Below, in pieces: positions 1 to 9,317 of a stretch of 64,000 nt of DNA; position 1 is the first letter of the stretch; the number at the start of each line of letters is the position of its first letter. The translations under genes and the position numbers were made by a program. The stretch is taken from the NCBI GenBank assembly GCA_963756875.1, contig CAVWPA010000002.1, positions 64,001 to 128,000 on the forward strand. The letters are read 5' to 3'. The stretch comes from an uncultured Verrucomicrobiae bacterium (GTDB taxonomy: Bacteria; Verrucomicrobiota; Verrucomicrobiia; Chthoniobacterales; UBA10450). The notes beneath the pieces are model-generated. The model saw nothing but the letters and a program-made list of their open reading frames with translations. It was not told where the DNA came from and did no database searches.

Positions 1-1
1 C

Positions 2-1108
2 GTACCGGATCTTGGCGGATTGAAGGTCATCGGCACGGAGCGACACGAGTCCCGCCGCATCGACCGCCAGCTGCGTGGGCGTTGCGCGCGCCAGGGCGAT
101 CCGGGCGCTTCGCGTTTTTACGTCAGCTTCGAAGACGACCTGATGCGCAATTTCGGTGCGGCCGATCGGATGACGCGAATCATGGAGCGTTTTGGTCTGG
201 AAGAAGGCCAGGAACTCGAGCACCGCTGGCTGAACAAATCGGTGGAAACGGCGCAGAAACGTGTCGAGCAGCGCAATTACCTCATCCGCAAGCGCACGCT
301 CGACATGGACGACGTCATGAACATGCAGCGCGAAGTGGTTTACACGTATCGCAACGAAGTGATCGATGCGGAAGAGCCGCGCACCCTGATTTACGAGGTC
401 ATCGACGAAGCCGTTCCGGCAAAAGTGAAGGAGTATCTCGAAATCGGGGAGCCAAACTACGCCGGCCTCATGCATTGGGTAAATACGACATTCCCCCTCG
501 GATTGACGAACGAGAAGGCGCAATTCGAGACGCGCACGGTGGATGAAAATGCGAAATTCCTGATCGGCAAAATCAAGGAGGCTTACGAGCGTAAATCGAG
601 TCACGAGGAACCAACCGCGGTCAAGGGTCTTGAGCGCTACATTATTCTGAATGCAATCGACCGGCTTTGGCAGGAGCATCTCTACGCGATGGATGCGCTG
701 CGCGAAGGCGTTTATCTCCGGGCCTATGCGCAAAAGGATCCGCTCGTCGAATACAAGGCCGAGGCTTACGACATCTTTGTCGAGCTGATGGCGAACATTA
801 AGAACGAAGTGCTGCACAATCTTTTCCGGAGCACGTCGAACCTTCAGGCATTCGAAAATTTCCTGGCCAGCCTTCCTCAATTTCTGCTCCGCGAGCAGGC
901 GCCACCCGCTTCAAATATCTCGGGCCGTACACGCCAGCCACAGCCGGTCGGTGCGATGGCCGCGGTGGGCGAAAACGGCGGCGATGGAGACGGCGAATTG
1001 ACTGTCGATCTCCCCGTTCGCCGCGCTCTGCCAAAAGTCGGTCGAAACGAGCCGTGCCCGTGCGGCAGTGGAAAGAAATACAAAAACTGCTGCGGCAGAA
1101 TGGCGTAG
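2..1108 (+). CDS. secA: Preprotein translocase subunit SecA, 3' part (gene starts before the window)
   Basis: [29 protein letters not shown] motif, [11 protein letters not shown]-terminal SEC-C zinc motif [13 protein letters not shown]; frame open to the window edge. Confidence 0.98.
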   Translation, partial: VPDLGGLKVIGTERHESRRIDRQLRGRCARQGDPGASRFYVSFEDDLMRNFGAADRMTRIMERFGLEEGQELEHRWLNKSVETAQKRVEQRNYLIRKRTLDMDDVMNMQREVVYTYRNEVIDAEEPRTLIYEVIDEAVPAKVKEYLEIGEPNYAGLMHWVNTTFPLGLTNEKAQFETRTVDENAKFLIGKIKEAYERKSSHEEPTAVKGLERYIILNAIDRLWQEHLYAMDALREGVYLRAYAQKDPLVEYKAEAYDIFVELMANIKNEVLHNLFRSTSNLQAFENFLASLPQFLLREQAPPASNISGRTRQPQPVGAMAAVGENGGDGDGELTVDLPVRRALPKVGRNEPCPCGSGKKYKNCCGRMA

Positions 1109-1176
1109 AGCGTATCACATCGCTGCCACTTGAAGTACAATCGCTGATGGGAACGCTGTCGAGTTGATGGGCCACG

Positions 1177-1281
1177 CTGGGGAGCGCAGGCTGCCAGCCT
1201 GCATTCGTCGGCAAGCTTGCCGACGAAAATTGTGTTCGGTAGGCTGCCGAACACCGCAGGCAAGCAGCCTGCGCTCCCCAG
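1177..1281. repeat. GGGGAGCG-type cruciform palindromic element, copy 1
   Basis: Perfect 18-bp terminal inverted repeat CTGGGGAGCGCAGGCTGC/GCAGCCTGCGCTCCCCAG enclosing two hairpins (TTCGTCGGCAAGCTTGCCGACGAA; GTGTTCGG..CCGAACAC); related copies at 7695 and 47256. Confidence 0.9.
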
Positions 1282-1368
1282 AGTTCACACATGCCTGCAT
1301 TTCTTAGCGGGCAAATGATTCACGGCTCGACTTTGAGTCAGCGGCGATTCTCATTAGAACGATAAACC

Positions 1369-2283
1369 ATGAAAACGCGTAAGATCGGGTCGCTGGAGGT
1401 CTCTGTTGTCGGACTGGGTTGCAATAACTTTGGCTGGCGCATCGATGCGGACGCAACCGCGAAGGTGGTCGATGCGGCGCTGGACGCCGGAATCAACTTC
1501 TTCGATACAGCAGACATTTACGGCAAAGGCCAAAGTGAAGAATTCCTGGGCCGGGCGCTCGGCAAGCGACGCGACCAGATCGTGATCGCGACCAAGTTCG
1601 GGATGGAGATGGAGAACCAGGGCAAAGGCGCGAAACCCGACTATGTCCTAAAAGCGGTGGAGGCGAGCCTGCAACGACTCGGCACGGATCGAATCGACTT
1701 GTATCAACTGCATCGGCCCGATCTAACAACGCCAATCGCCGATACCCTGGGCGTGCTCGACGAACTTGTTAAGCAGGGAAAAGTGCGCGAGATAGGCTGC
1801 TCCAATTTTACGGTCGAACAGATTCGCGAAGCGGCCGAGGCCGCGGCAAGCCGCACACAATTTGTCAGCGTGCAGAATGAATTTAACCTGATCCATCGTG
1901 AGCCGGAGAAAGATGTGTTGCCGGAATGCGAACGGCGGGGCCTTGCGTTCCTCCCATACTTCCCACTCGCGAGCGGACTGCTTACCGGCAAATACCGCCT
2001 CGGTCAGGAGCAGCCCCAAGGAAGCCGCGCCCGCGACAATTGGGGGCCGAAGATTTTCACCGACGAAAACCTGAAGCTGGTCGAAAAGCTGATCAGATTT
2101 GCGGAATCACGCAACCACACACTGCTCGATCTCGCATTCGCCTGGCTGCTGGCAAACCGGCCGGTTGCTTCCGTGATCGCCGGTGCGAGCAAACCGAGGC
2201 AGGTGGAGGCAAACGCCGCCGCCGTCGGCTGGGACCTGAGTGCCGATGATGTTGCGGGAATCGAGAAACTTCTCACCACATAG
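1369..2283 (+). CDS. Aldo/keto reductase
   Basis: GLGCNNFG, FFDTADIYG, IATKFG, LGTDRIDLYQLH, GKVREIGCSN, SVQNEFN motifs. Confidence 0.95.
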   Translation: MKTRKIGSLEVSVVGLGCNNFGWRIDADATAKVVDAALDAGINFFDTADIYGKGQSEEFLGRALGKRRDQIVIATKFGMEMENQGKGAKPDYVLKAVEASLQRLGTDRIDLYQLHRPDLTTPIADTLGVLDELVKQGKVREIGCSNFTVEQIREAAEAAASRTQFVSVQNEFNLIHREPEKDVLPECERRGLAFLPYFPLASGLLTGKYRLGQEQPQGSRARDNWGPKIFTDENLKLVEKLIRFAESRNHTLLDLAFAWLLANRPVASVIAGASKPRQVEANAAAVGWDLSADDVAGIEKLLTT

Positions 2284-2314
2284 CGAGCTTCGGAGGCCGG
2301 CGCGAATCGCCAGC

Positions 2315-2704
2315 CTAACGAGAGTCACTGACTGCGTAAGTTGTTATTTCGAGTTCGATCTCGTTTGGGTCACGAAAGTAAATTGAGTGCGAAATCTCGT
2401 GGTCTTGGAATTCGAACCTGATGCCGCGACGTTTTAATTCTTCTTGGGCGGCGAGAAAATTTTTGCGGTCTGCGCGGAAAGCCAGATGCAACATGCTCCT
2501 TTTCGCAGCACGCGCCCCCGATCCGGAATCGTCACGGACGGGAAAAAGCGCAATTGCCGTGGAACCCTTTCCGATAAAGCAGGGGACGCCATTCCACATC
2601 CCCTCGTAAAGCCGTTCAAATCCCAAAACTTCGACGTACCAATCGGCGGATTGCTCGACGTCGCGCACGGCCAGCGCTACGTGGTCGATGCCTTCGAGCT
2701 GCAT
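2315..2704 (-). CDS. VOC/glyoxalase family protein
   Basis: IDHVALAVRD..WY..VLGF, HLAF, SIYFRDPN..ELE; start taken at ATG 2704 (MQLEG), downstream of the cyclase stop. Confidence 0.9.
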   Translation of the reverse strand: MQLEGIDHVALAVRDVEQSADWYVEVLGFERLYEGMWNGVPCFIGKGSTAIALFPVRDDSGSGARAAKRSMLHLAFRADRKNFLAAQEELKRRGIRFEFQDHEISHSIYFRDPNEIELEITTYAVSDSR

Positions 2705-2718
2705 GCGCAGCGGCGGAT

Positions 2719-3567
2719 TCAGCCTGCCGCGGGCACGGGTTCGACGACCCATGCAACGGCGTGGGCCTGCACCGGACGATCGAAGCCTTTCAACTCAACT
2801 TTCCCTACATCCTGAAATGAGAAACCCTTCCCCAGACAAAGCTCGGCAATGGCGTTCGAGACCAGGATTTGCTCGGGTGACGCATGGGAACAGAGGCGGG
2901 CAGCCAGTTGGACTGTGCAACCAAAAAGATCGTCATGCTGCTCGACCGGCTCGCCGGCCGCGGCTCCAATTCGAATTTTAACCGGGCGTTTGACTTGATT
3001 TTTCTCATGCTTCGCCAGTTCGGACTGAATTTGAATGGCGCACTTAACTGCCGCCGCCGCGGACACAAACGAAGCCATGATGCCGTCGCCAGTGTGTTTG
3101 ATTTCGCGCCCACCCAACGCTGCCAAAGCATCTCTGACAATACTGTTGTGCAGATCGAGCATCGCCATGGCCGCCTCATCGCCCAGGATTTGCGTCAATG
3201 AGGTCGAGTCGACGATGTCAGTAAAGAGAATCGTTCGAATCCCTGGATCGCGCTCATGAGCGCCAGGAAGTAAGACTGCGCCGGCTCCATTGGTTTCGGC
3301 GCTGCCGAGCAATCCCTCGGCGACATCGGGCTGTATCTCAATGATTTTCTCGGCAACCATGCCATGGGCTTCCCGGTGCACGCAGCAGGCTGCCTCGGCA
3401 TTTGGCGCGTGGATCAGGCAGAACACTTTACCAGCGCTTTCATTGACCCAGTACTTGCGATATTCGACGCCATACTTCTTCTGAGTTTCCATATCTTTCG
3501 CGTGCGCCTTGGCGACATCCTCCGCCGTGACGCCGTGCAACTCATGAATGTCCATGTATAGCGGCAT
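2719..3567 (-). CDS. DUF4242 (SCO4226-like nickel-binding) domain fused to a class III nucleotide cyclase
   Basis: N-term YMDIH..AH.KD..Q.KYGV...YW...GKVFCL..AP...VHREAHG; C-term ILFTDIVDST, IKHTGDG, DLFG..VQLAARL, LKGF. Confidence 0.88.
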   Translation of the reverse strand: MPLYMDIHELHGVTAEDVAKAHAKDMETQKKYGVEYRKYWVNESAGKVFCLIHAPNAEAACCVHREAHGMVAEKIIEIQPDVAEGLLGSAETNGAGAVLLPGAHERDPGIRTILFTDIVDSTSLTQILGDEAAMAMLDLHNSIVRDALAALGGREIKHTGDGIMASFVSAAAAVKCAIQIQSELAKHEKNQVKRPVKIRIGAAAGEPVEQHDDLFGCTVQLAARLCSHASPEQILVSNAIAELCLGKGFSFQDVGKVELKGFDRPVQAHAVAWVVEPVPAAG

Positions 3568-3607
3568 ATTGACTCCTGAAAATTAACGCATGGTGACGGA
3601 CAACAAA

Positions 3608-4120
3608 CTACCGCGATGCCACGCGCCGGGCAATGTCGATCTTGGCCGGCCGGCTTAACGTCTGGAAAACGACGCAATATCGTTCCGTCAGTCGAAGCAA
3701 CATGGCGATCTGCTCTTCAGTGGCGTCGGTGTCCAGGTCGAAGTGCAATCGGATCTGCTGAAAACCGACCGGCGCATCCTTCGAAACCCCGAGTGTGCCG
3801 CGGAAGTCGAGCTCGCCCTCAGCCCGAACCGTCGCGTTCCGCAGCTGGATACCCAGAGCCGTAGCCACCGCTCGCATCGTGACGCCCGCGCATCCGACCA
3901 GCGCCTCTAACAGCATTTCCGCCGAACACGCGCTGAGTCCATCGCCGCCTGTCGCCGGATGCAGCCCCACCTGCACGGGTGTTTTTCCAGTCTCTATTGT
4001 GCACGTGATGCCCTCACCGATTCGACCCTCGGCGCGAAACATGATTAAGGCCGTTTCCGGATGCTTTCGATATCGATCCTTGATCGGCGTTTGCAATGCT
4101 CTCAACTCATCGGCAGTCAT
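3608..4120 (-). CDS. OsmC family protein
   Basis: GLHPATGGDG..CS.EMLLEAL..CAGVT, LDFRGTLGV....VGF, TERYCVVFQTL; start at ATG 4120 (MTADELR). Confidence 0.88.
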   Translation of the reverse strand: MTADELRALQTPIKDRYRKHPETALIMFRAEGRIGEGITCTIETGKTPVQVGLHPATGGDGLSACSAEMLLEALVGCAGVTMRAVATALGIQLRNATVRAEGELDFRGTLGVSKDAPVGFQQIRLHFDLDTDATEEQIAMLLRLTERYCVVFQTLSRPAKIDIARRVASR

Positions 4121-4362
4121 TTCGTTGTAATCCTCGTGGTAGTTTGTCGCTATGGAACGGAAGTCCTTGTCTTCCGGACCTGTCACTCTTCCGCGCTAAT
4201 TCGCCCTGAGTTCCTTGATGGCGTTTTCATCGGCCATATTAGAAACACTGATAAAGATCAGCCCTATTTCAATGTTTTATCTCCGGTTTCTAACAGACGT
4301 CGTTTTGGATTGTTAGGCGTCTTGGTCAAGACTACGATCCGGCGACGTCGAAAATTGAGACC

Positions 4363-5991
4363 ATGTCTTTTTCCGATAACTGCTGGACCCGACGTGATTT
4401 CGTGAAGCTCGTTGGCCAGGTCGCCCTGGTTGGGGCGGCTCCCGCTTTGGCAGACGCAGTTGCGGCGCTCGATTCCGATATTGTCCAAATTTCGGTTCTG
4501 CACACGACCGATTTACACGGCCATATTCTGCCGACCTTCGATTATCGCGGAAATCCCGATGTTGGGGGCTTGGCGCGCTGCGTTACCCAGATCCACCGGT
4601 GGCGGCGGCAGAATAGGAACTCCATCCTGATCGATGTGGGGGATGTTTATCAGGGCACCGATGTGGGCTTGCGCAGCAAGGGCGAGTTGATGATCGGCTT
4701 GTTCAATCACCTGAAATACGACGCATGGATCCTCGGAAATCACGAGTTTGACTGGGGGATTGAGCCGTTTCAGCAGGCGCTGGCAAGATCGGCAATGCCT
4801 GTTCTGGCGGCGAACACGGTGCTGGATGGAAAGCCATCCGGCGAATTTTCCGATACGAAGCATCCGTTCGCAAAAATTCAGCCGTTCGTCATGAAAGAAA
4901 TCGCGGGTATCAAGATCGCAATCATCGGGGTGACGACGCCGGGAATGAGTTTCTGGCTCCGTCCGGAATTTACGGCTGGAATCGGCTTCGAGGATCCGGT
5001 TGAACCGGTGCGGCGGGCCATGGCAAAAGCCAGGGGCGAAGGAGCAAATGCAATTGTGCTTGCCGGTCACATGGGGTTGAAAATGCGCACCGGCGGCGAC
5101 GATTTTGCCAACAGCGTCATGGCGTTGACCTCGGAGTTTCGGGATGCCGCCGTGTTTATCGCGGGCCACACACACCAGCCGGTTCAGAGTCGTCCGACGA
5201 ATGGCGTGCTGCTCACACAGGCAGATCATTTCGGAATTTACGCCGGTCGCGTCGATCTTTTCTTCGATCGTAATTCAAAAAAACTGCTGGATCGGCGGGC
5301 GCATTGCGAGTTGATGGATCGCCGTGTCCGTCTTAATCACGTGGTTCTTTCTCGCGCGAAAACCCAACTTGATGCATCTGTGGCCGCGCTGGCCGAGCCG
5401 ATTGGGGAACTGGCCGAAACATTGCACGTACACGCCCAACCGGGCCGGCCCAGCGATGTGGAGCTGTTGATAGGCGTCGCGATCGTGGAGTCGTTACGCG
5501 ATCGTGAAGTCGTTGTCGATGCCGTGTTCCACGGCCTGTTTGATAGCGAAAATAATTTCTCCGCCGGGCCGAAAACGGTGAGTGATATCTGGAATATTCT
5601 TCCGTACGAAAACTACCTGGTTACAGCCCAACTGACCGCGGACGAGATTAAGGTCGTGATGGAAGAAGCTTACGCGAGCCATGAACGCCGGAATTTAGTC
5701 GGGTTCGATATTCGAACAGTGGGACGCGGATATGAACGGCAAATTACGTCGATTACCTGGGCCGGCGGCCGCTCCCTGGACAGAGGCAAAAAGTACGTGA
5801 TTGCGTTCAATACGTTCGATTCGCGGAGCGGCGGTCATCGTTTCATGAAACTGCGTACGCTGCTTGAGACACCGGGCGCCAGTTGCACGCTGCATCCTGT
5901 GCAGACGCGGGACGCGCTGATCGATTATTTTCGGCGCCACGGGATTGTGCATAAGGTTGCGGCTTCGAAAGAGTTAGCCGCAGCGGCGTAA
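4363..5991 (+). CDS. Tat-exported bifunctional metallophosphoesterase / 5'-nucleotidase (UshA/CpdB family)
   Basis: Twin-arginine signal TRRDFVK; HTTDLHG, DVGD, GNHEFD, GHTH motifs; 5'-nucleotidase C-domain (ILPYEN). Confidence 0.92.
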   Translation: MSFSDNCWTRRDFVKLVGQVALVGAAPALADAVAALDSDIVQISVLHTTDLHGHILPTFDYRGNPDVGGLARCVTQIHRWRRQNRNSILIDVGDVYQGTDVGLRSKGELMIGLFNHLKYDAWILGNHEFDWGIEPFQQALARSAMPVLAANTVLDGKPSGEFSDTKHPFAKIQPFVMKEIAGIKIAIIGVTTPGMSFWLRPEFTAGIGFEDPVEPVRRAMAKARGEGANAIVLAGHMGLKMRTGGDDFANSVMALTSEFRDAAVFIAGHTHQPVQSRPTNGVLLTQADHFGIYAGRVDLFFDRNSKKLLDRRAHCELMDRRVRLNHVVLSRAKTQLDASVAALAEPIGELAETLHVHAQPGRPSDVELLIGVAIVESLRDREVVVDAVFHGLFDSENNFSAGPKTVSDIWNILPYENYLVTAQLTADEIKVVMEEAYASHERRNLVGFDIRTVGRGYERQITSITWAGGRSLDRGKKYVIAFNTFDSRSGGHRFMKLRTLLETPGASCTLHPVQTRDALIDYFRRHGIVHKVAASKELAAAA

Positions 5992-6017
5992 AATTTTTCC
6001 CGAATTTCGCTTGAGAT

Positions 6018-6209
6018 ATGAATGGAAATCCCACGAGCACAAAGGTGACCCGCGAAGATCCGACGGGCTACGGCTTTGCCGACGCGCTCCAAAAAGCCGC
6101 GCAACACGTGAAATATATTCCCGCTTATGGTAATGGCCACCCGGTTGCCTGTACCTTTTACGATCCGGAATACATTATATCAGGAAAATTCTTTGCCTAT
6201 AAGCGTTAG
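6018..6209 (+). pseudogene. Short fragment resembling the C-terminal TonB-like domain of the next gene
   Basis: 21/45 identical residues in a gapless manual alignment to the C-terminus of 6297..7067; in-frame TGA two codons upstream of the ATG. Confidence 0.6.
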
Positions 6210-6296
6210 CAGATGCTCCCGCCTGGTGCCGGCCGTAGCGGCATCACTTCCAGATTCCGCTTGAAAAAGTGGCTGGCCTCGCTTGCGTATCGGCCC

Positions 6297-7067
6297 ATGC
6301 GCGCGTCGACGTTTCTGGTCGCTATTTTGTTGTCGATAGTTAATCTGGCCTGGTCGCAGACAACGACTGTGCCTGCAGAAAAATCGGACAAGTTGCCGAT
6401 GTACCGGCCGATTCTGATGGGAACAGGACCGGACGCGTTGATCAATCGCATCGACACGCACGATTTGATCGCCAAGGGCCAAAAGGATGGCTTGGTCATG
6501 TTTACCTGTTTCGTGGACAAGGCAGGTCAGGTAACAACGAGCGGAATTTATCACGGCTCTAACGCGTCGAGTGTGCAAATTCTCGAGGCAGAACTGGAGA
6601 AACGCCTTTCGCCTGCGGCGAATCCCGCGTTTATTCCTGCCGTTTATGATCACGTTCCGGTAAGCGCGATTTACTTCGGGACGCTTACCTTTGCCGTCGT
6701 AGACGGGAAACCGCGACTACGCATTTTCTCCAATCAGCAGCCCGAGGAGGTAAGCAAGGAAACCGATTTCATTGGGCCGCAGCCGATCTTTGGCGGACCA
6801 TCCAAATTTACAGGACTGCATTATCCATTCAACGTGGGTGAGGCAATCGAAACGAACGGTTTTGTTGAGCTGGAGATGAAAATCGATGTAAACGGCAACC
6901 TTGAGGACATAAAAGTTGTCCGGGAAGAGCCCCCCATGGTCGGCTTCGGCAAAGCCGCAATTGGCGATTTTACGGGGGCGAAGTTTATCCCCGCGTTCCG
7001 CAATGGCCAGCCGGTGGCGTGCGATGTAAAGCTGCCATTCTATTATAACAAACGAAGCGTTTTTTAA
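6297..7067 (+). CDS. Secreted protein with two TonB C-terminal-like domains
   Basis: Signal peptide MRASTFLVAILLSIVNLAWS; repeats FVDKAGQV..FIPA...VPV and IDVNGNL..FIPAFRNGQPV. Confidence 0.75.
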   Translation: MRASTFLVAILLSIVNLAWSQTTTVPAEKSDKLPMYRPILMGTGPDALINRIDTHDLIAKGQKDGLVMFTCFVDKAGQVTTSGIYHGSNASSVQILEAELEKRLSPAANPAFIPAVYDHVPVSAIYFGTLTFAVVDGKPRLRIFSNQQPEEVSKETDFIGPQPIFGGPSKFTGLHYPFNVGEAIETNGFVELEMKIDVNGNLEDIKVVREEPPMVGFGKAAIGDFTGAKFIPAFRNGQPVACDVKLPFYYNKRSVF

Positions 7068-7084
7068 CGGATCCCATTTATTGA

Positions 7085-7663
7085 TTGGCTTGTGCCGTGC
7101 TTCGGAGGTCGTTTTTTTACGCTGATCCACTCACGTGCGCCCGGAAATTAATCGGCGCCCGCCTGATTTGGAACAAATGTTCGGGAATCGTTGTGGAAAC
7201 CGAAGCCTATCTGGCACAGGGCGATGAGGCTTCTCACACATTTTCGCGGCCCAGTGCGCGCAGTTTCATCCAGCGCAACAAAGCCGGCGCGGTCTACATT
7301 TACTTTAGTTACGGTGCCCATTGGATGCTGAACGTGCTGGTGAAGGGCAAGGTGGACGGCTTTGTCTTGGTCCGCGCGCTCCAGCCCGTCTCTGGAATCG
7401 AGCTTATGAAAAAGCGACGTGGCCTCGATGACGAAAGGGCTCTTTGTTCCGGACCGGGGAAACTCACTCAGGCCCTCGCTATTACAGATCGGCATCACGA
7501 AATGGATTTATGCGCCGATCCGCGATACTGTTTCGTCCGCGACGCAAACGCCGCCGCCGATGTCGTAGCAGACGCCCGAATCGGCATCTCGCGCGCCGCG
7601 CATCATCCATGGCGCTTCACATTGCGCGGCAGCAGGTTCGTGAGCCGCCCGGCGAAGGTGTAG
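7085..7663 (+). CDS. mpg: DNA-3-methyladenine glycosylase (MPG/AAG family)
   Basis: IVVETEAY...DEASH, YIYFSYGAHWMLN, VLVRALQP, LCSGPGKLTQAL, RIGIS...PWRF; start uncertain. Confidence 0.95.
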   Translation: MACAVLRRSFFYADPLTCARKLIGARLIWNKCSGIVVETEAYLAQGDEASHTFSRPSARSFIQRNKAGAVYIYFSYGAHWMLNVLVKGKVDGFVLVRALQPVSGIELMKKRRGLDDERALCSGPGKLTQALAITDRHHEMDLCADPRYCFVRDANAAADVVADARIGISRAAHHPWRFTLRGSRFVSRPAKV

Positions 7664-7694
7664 CGATCGCTCTATGGGTGGCGCGCTGCTTCTG

Positions 7695-7801
7695 TCCGGG
7701 GAGCACAGGCTGCCAGCCTGTCTTTTTCGGCAGCTTGCCGAAAAGGAGTTGTCGTCGGCAAGCTGCCGACGACTGCAGGCAAGCTGCCTGCGCTCCCCGG
7801 A
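7695..7801. repeat. GGGGAGCG-type cruciform element, copy 2 (preceded by a GTAG REP arm at 7659 overlapping the mpg stop)
   Basis: TCCGGGGAGCACAGGCTGC...GCCTGCGCTCCCCGGA with internal hairpins TTTTCGGCAGCTTGCCGAAAA and GTCGTCGGCAAGCTGCCGACGAC. Confidence 0.9.
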
Positions 7802-7840
7802 AAATTGACTCGCACGCTCATTTACCGAAGGTTTGCGCCA

Positions 7841-8971
7841 ATGAACAAACAAAGAGTCCTCCTCGGCATGAGCGGTGGAGTGGATTCCAGCGTTGCCGGA
7901 TATTTGCTACGCGAGCAGGGCTACGACGTCATCGGTGTGACAATGAAAGTCTGGCCGCAGGATTGCATCTCGCGGGCGGAAGACAAGTGCTGTGGTCCGC
8001 AGGCCGTGGCCGATGCGCGGAGCGTCGCTCATTCGTTAGGCATTCCACATTATGTGGTTGATGAGGCCGACCAGTTCGAGCAAACTGTGATTGACTATTT
8101 TGCCAGCGAATACCAGGCCGGACGCACGCCAAATCCATGCGTGATGTGCAATGAGAAGCTGAAGTTTGGCAATCTCTGGGGCAAGGCGCAGGCGCTCGGC
8201 TGCGACTATATTGCGACAGGTCATTACGCGATCATCGAACAGGAGAGCGATCGCGCCGTGCTGCGCAAAGGTGTCGATCCGCGCAAGGACCAGTCGTATT
8301 TCCTGTTCAGCCTTCGTCAGCCGCAACTGCGGCGGGCGCTCACCCCGCTGGGGGCCATGTTGAAACCGGAAATTCGACGGATCGCTCATTCGTTAGGGCT
8401 GAAAGTGGCCGACAAGACAGACAGTCAGGAGATCTGTTTCGTGCCCGGCAACGATTACAGGGCATTCCTTCGCTCGCATCTGGGTGGAAATGAATTCCAT
8501 CGCGGCGAGATCTACGATGTTGAAGGAAACTTTATCGGCAAACATGAGGGGATCGAGTTTTTTACAATCGGGCAGCGCAAAGGTCTGCCCGGCGGCTCGC
8601 TCCGGCCACGGTATGTCGTGGATCTTGATCCGGAGACAAACCGCGTAATCGTGGGTGACGCCGATGATTTGATTGTGGATGAATTCGAGGTCGATCGCGT
8701 GAACTGGCATCCTGCAGCCGGGGTCGATGGCCCCGTTCCGTGGCAAACCCCCATCGAAGCCACTGTTAAAATCCGCTACAGTCACCCAGGCACAAACGCG
8801 ACGCTGACGCCTCTCGAGAATGGTCGTGCGCGCATTCGCCTGCGCGAACCGCAGCGGGCCGTTACGCCGGGGCAGGCGGCGGTTTTTTACGACGGCGATC
8901 GGGTGCTCGGCGGCGGTTGGATTTGCCGAACGGAGCCGGTCGGGCATCGGGGACATCTCATTCCGATCTGA
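7841..8971 (+). CDS. mnmA: tRNA 2-thiouridine(34) synthase MnmA
   Basis: GMSGGVDSS, TPNPCVMCN, IATGHY, KDQSYFL, DSQEICF, FTIGQRKG, AVTPGQ. Confidence 0.98.
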   Translation: MNKQRVLLGMSGGVDSSVAGYLLREQGYDVIGVTMKVWPQDCISRAEDKCCGPQAVADARSVAHSLGIPHYVVDEADQFEQTVIDYFASEYQAGRTPNPCVMCNEKLKFGNLWGKAQALGCDYIATGHYAIIEQESDRAVLRKGVDPRKDQSYFLFSLRQPQLRRALTPLGAMLKPEIRRIAHSLGLKVADKTDSQEICFVPGNDYRAFLRSHLGGNEFHRGEIYDVEGNFIGKHEGIEFFTIGQRKGLPGGSLRPRYVVDLDPETNRVIVGDADDLIVDEFEVDRVNWHPAAGVDGPVPWQTPIEATVKIRYSHPGTNATLTPLENGRARIRLREPQRAVTPGQAAVFYDGDRVLGGGWICRTEPVGHRGHLIPI

Positions 8972-8974
8972 GCG

Positions 8975-9304
8975 ATGGGAGACGACGCGCTGGTTGCATT
9001 TTGCACATTTCCCGACGCGGAGACCGCCCGCAAAATCGTAAGAGAGATTGTTGAGCTCCGGCTCGCGGCATGCGGGAACATTTTACCGCAAGTTCATTCG
9101 ATCTACTGGTGGCAGGAAAAGGTTGAATCCGGCGATGAATCGCTCGCTATCTTCAAACTGGCGGCAAGCCGATACGGGGACTTTGAAACAACACTGCGCG
9201 CGCTTCACCCCTACGAAGTGCCGGAAATCATTGCCTGCCGAATCGACAAAGCATTGCCCGACTACTTGCGATGGGTGATCGCAAGCTGCCGCTCAGAAAG
9301 TTGA
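8975..9304 (+). CDS. cutA: Divalent-cation tolerance protein CutA
   Basis: LAACGNI....SIYWW, LHPYEVPEII, YLRWV. Confidence 0.95.
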   Translation: MGDDALVAFCTFPDAETARKIVREIVELRLAACGNILPQVHSIYWWQEKVESGDESLAIFKLAASRYGDFETTLRALHPYEVPEIIACRIDKALPDYLRWVIASCRSES

Positions 9305-9317
9305 CTGCTTAAAGCAG

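Noticed and set aside
7170..7183. GAAC-N4-GTTC (Gram-positive-type SOS box) in mpg
   Set aside because: It lies inside the coding sequence and is not the motif expected for this lineage; probably chance.
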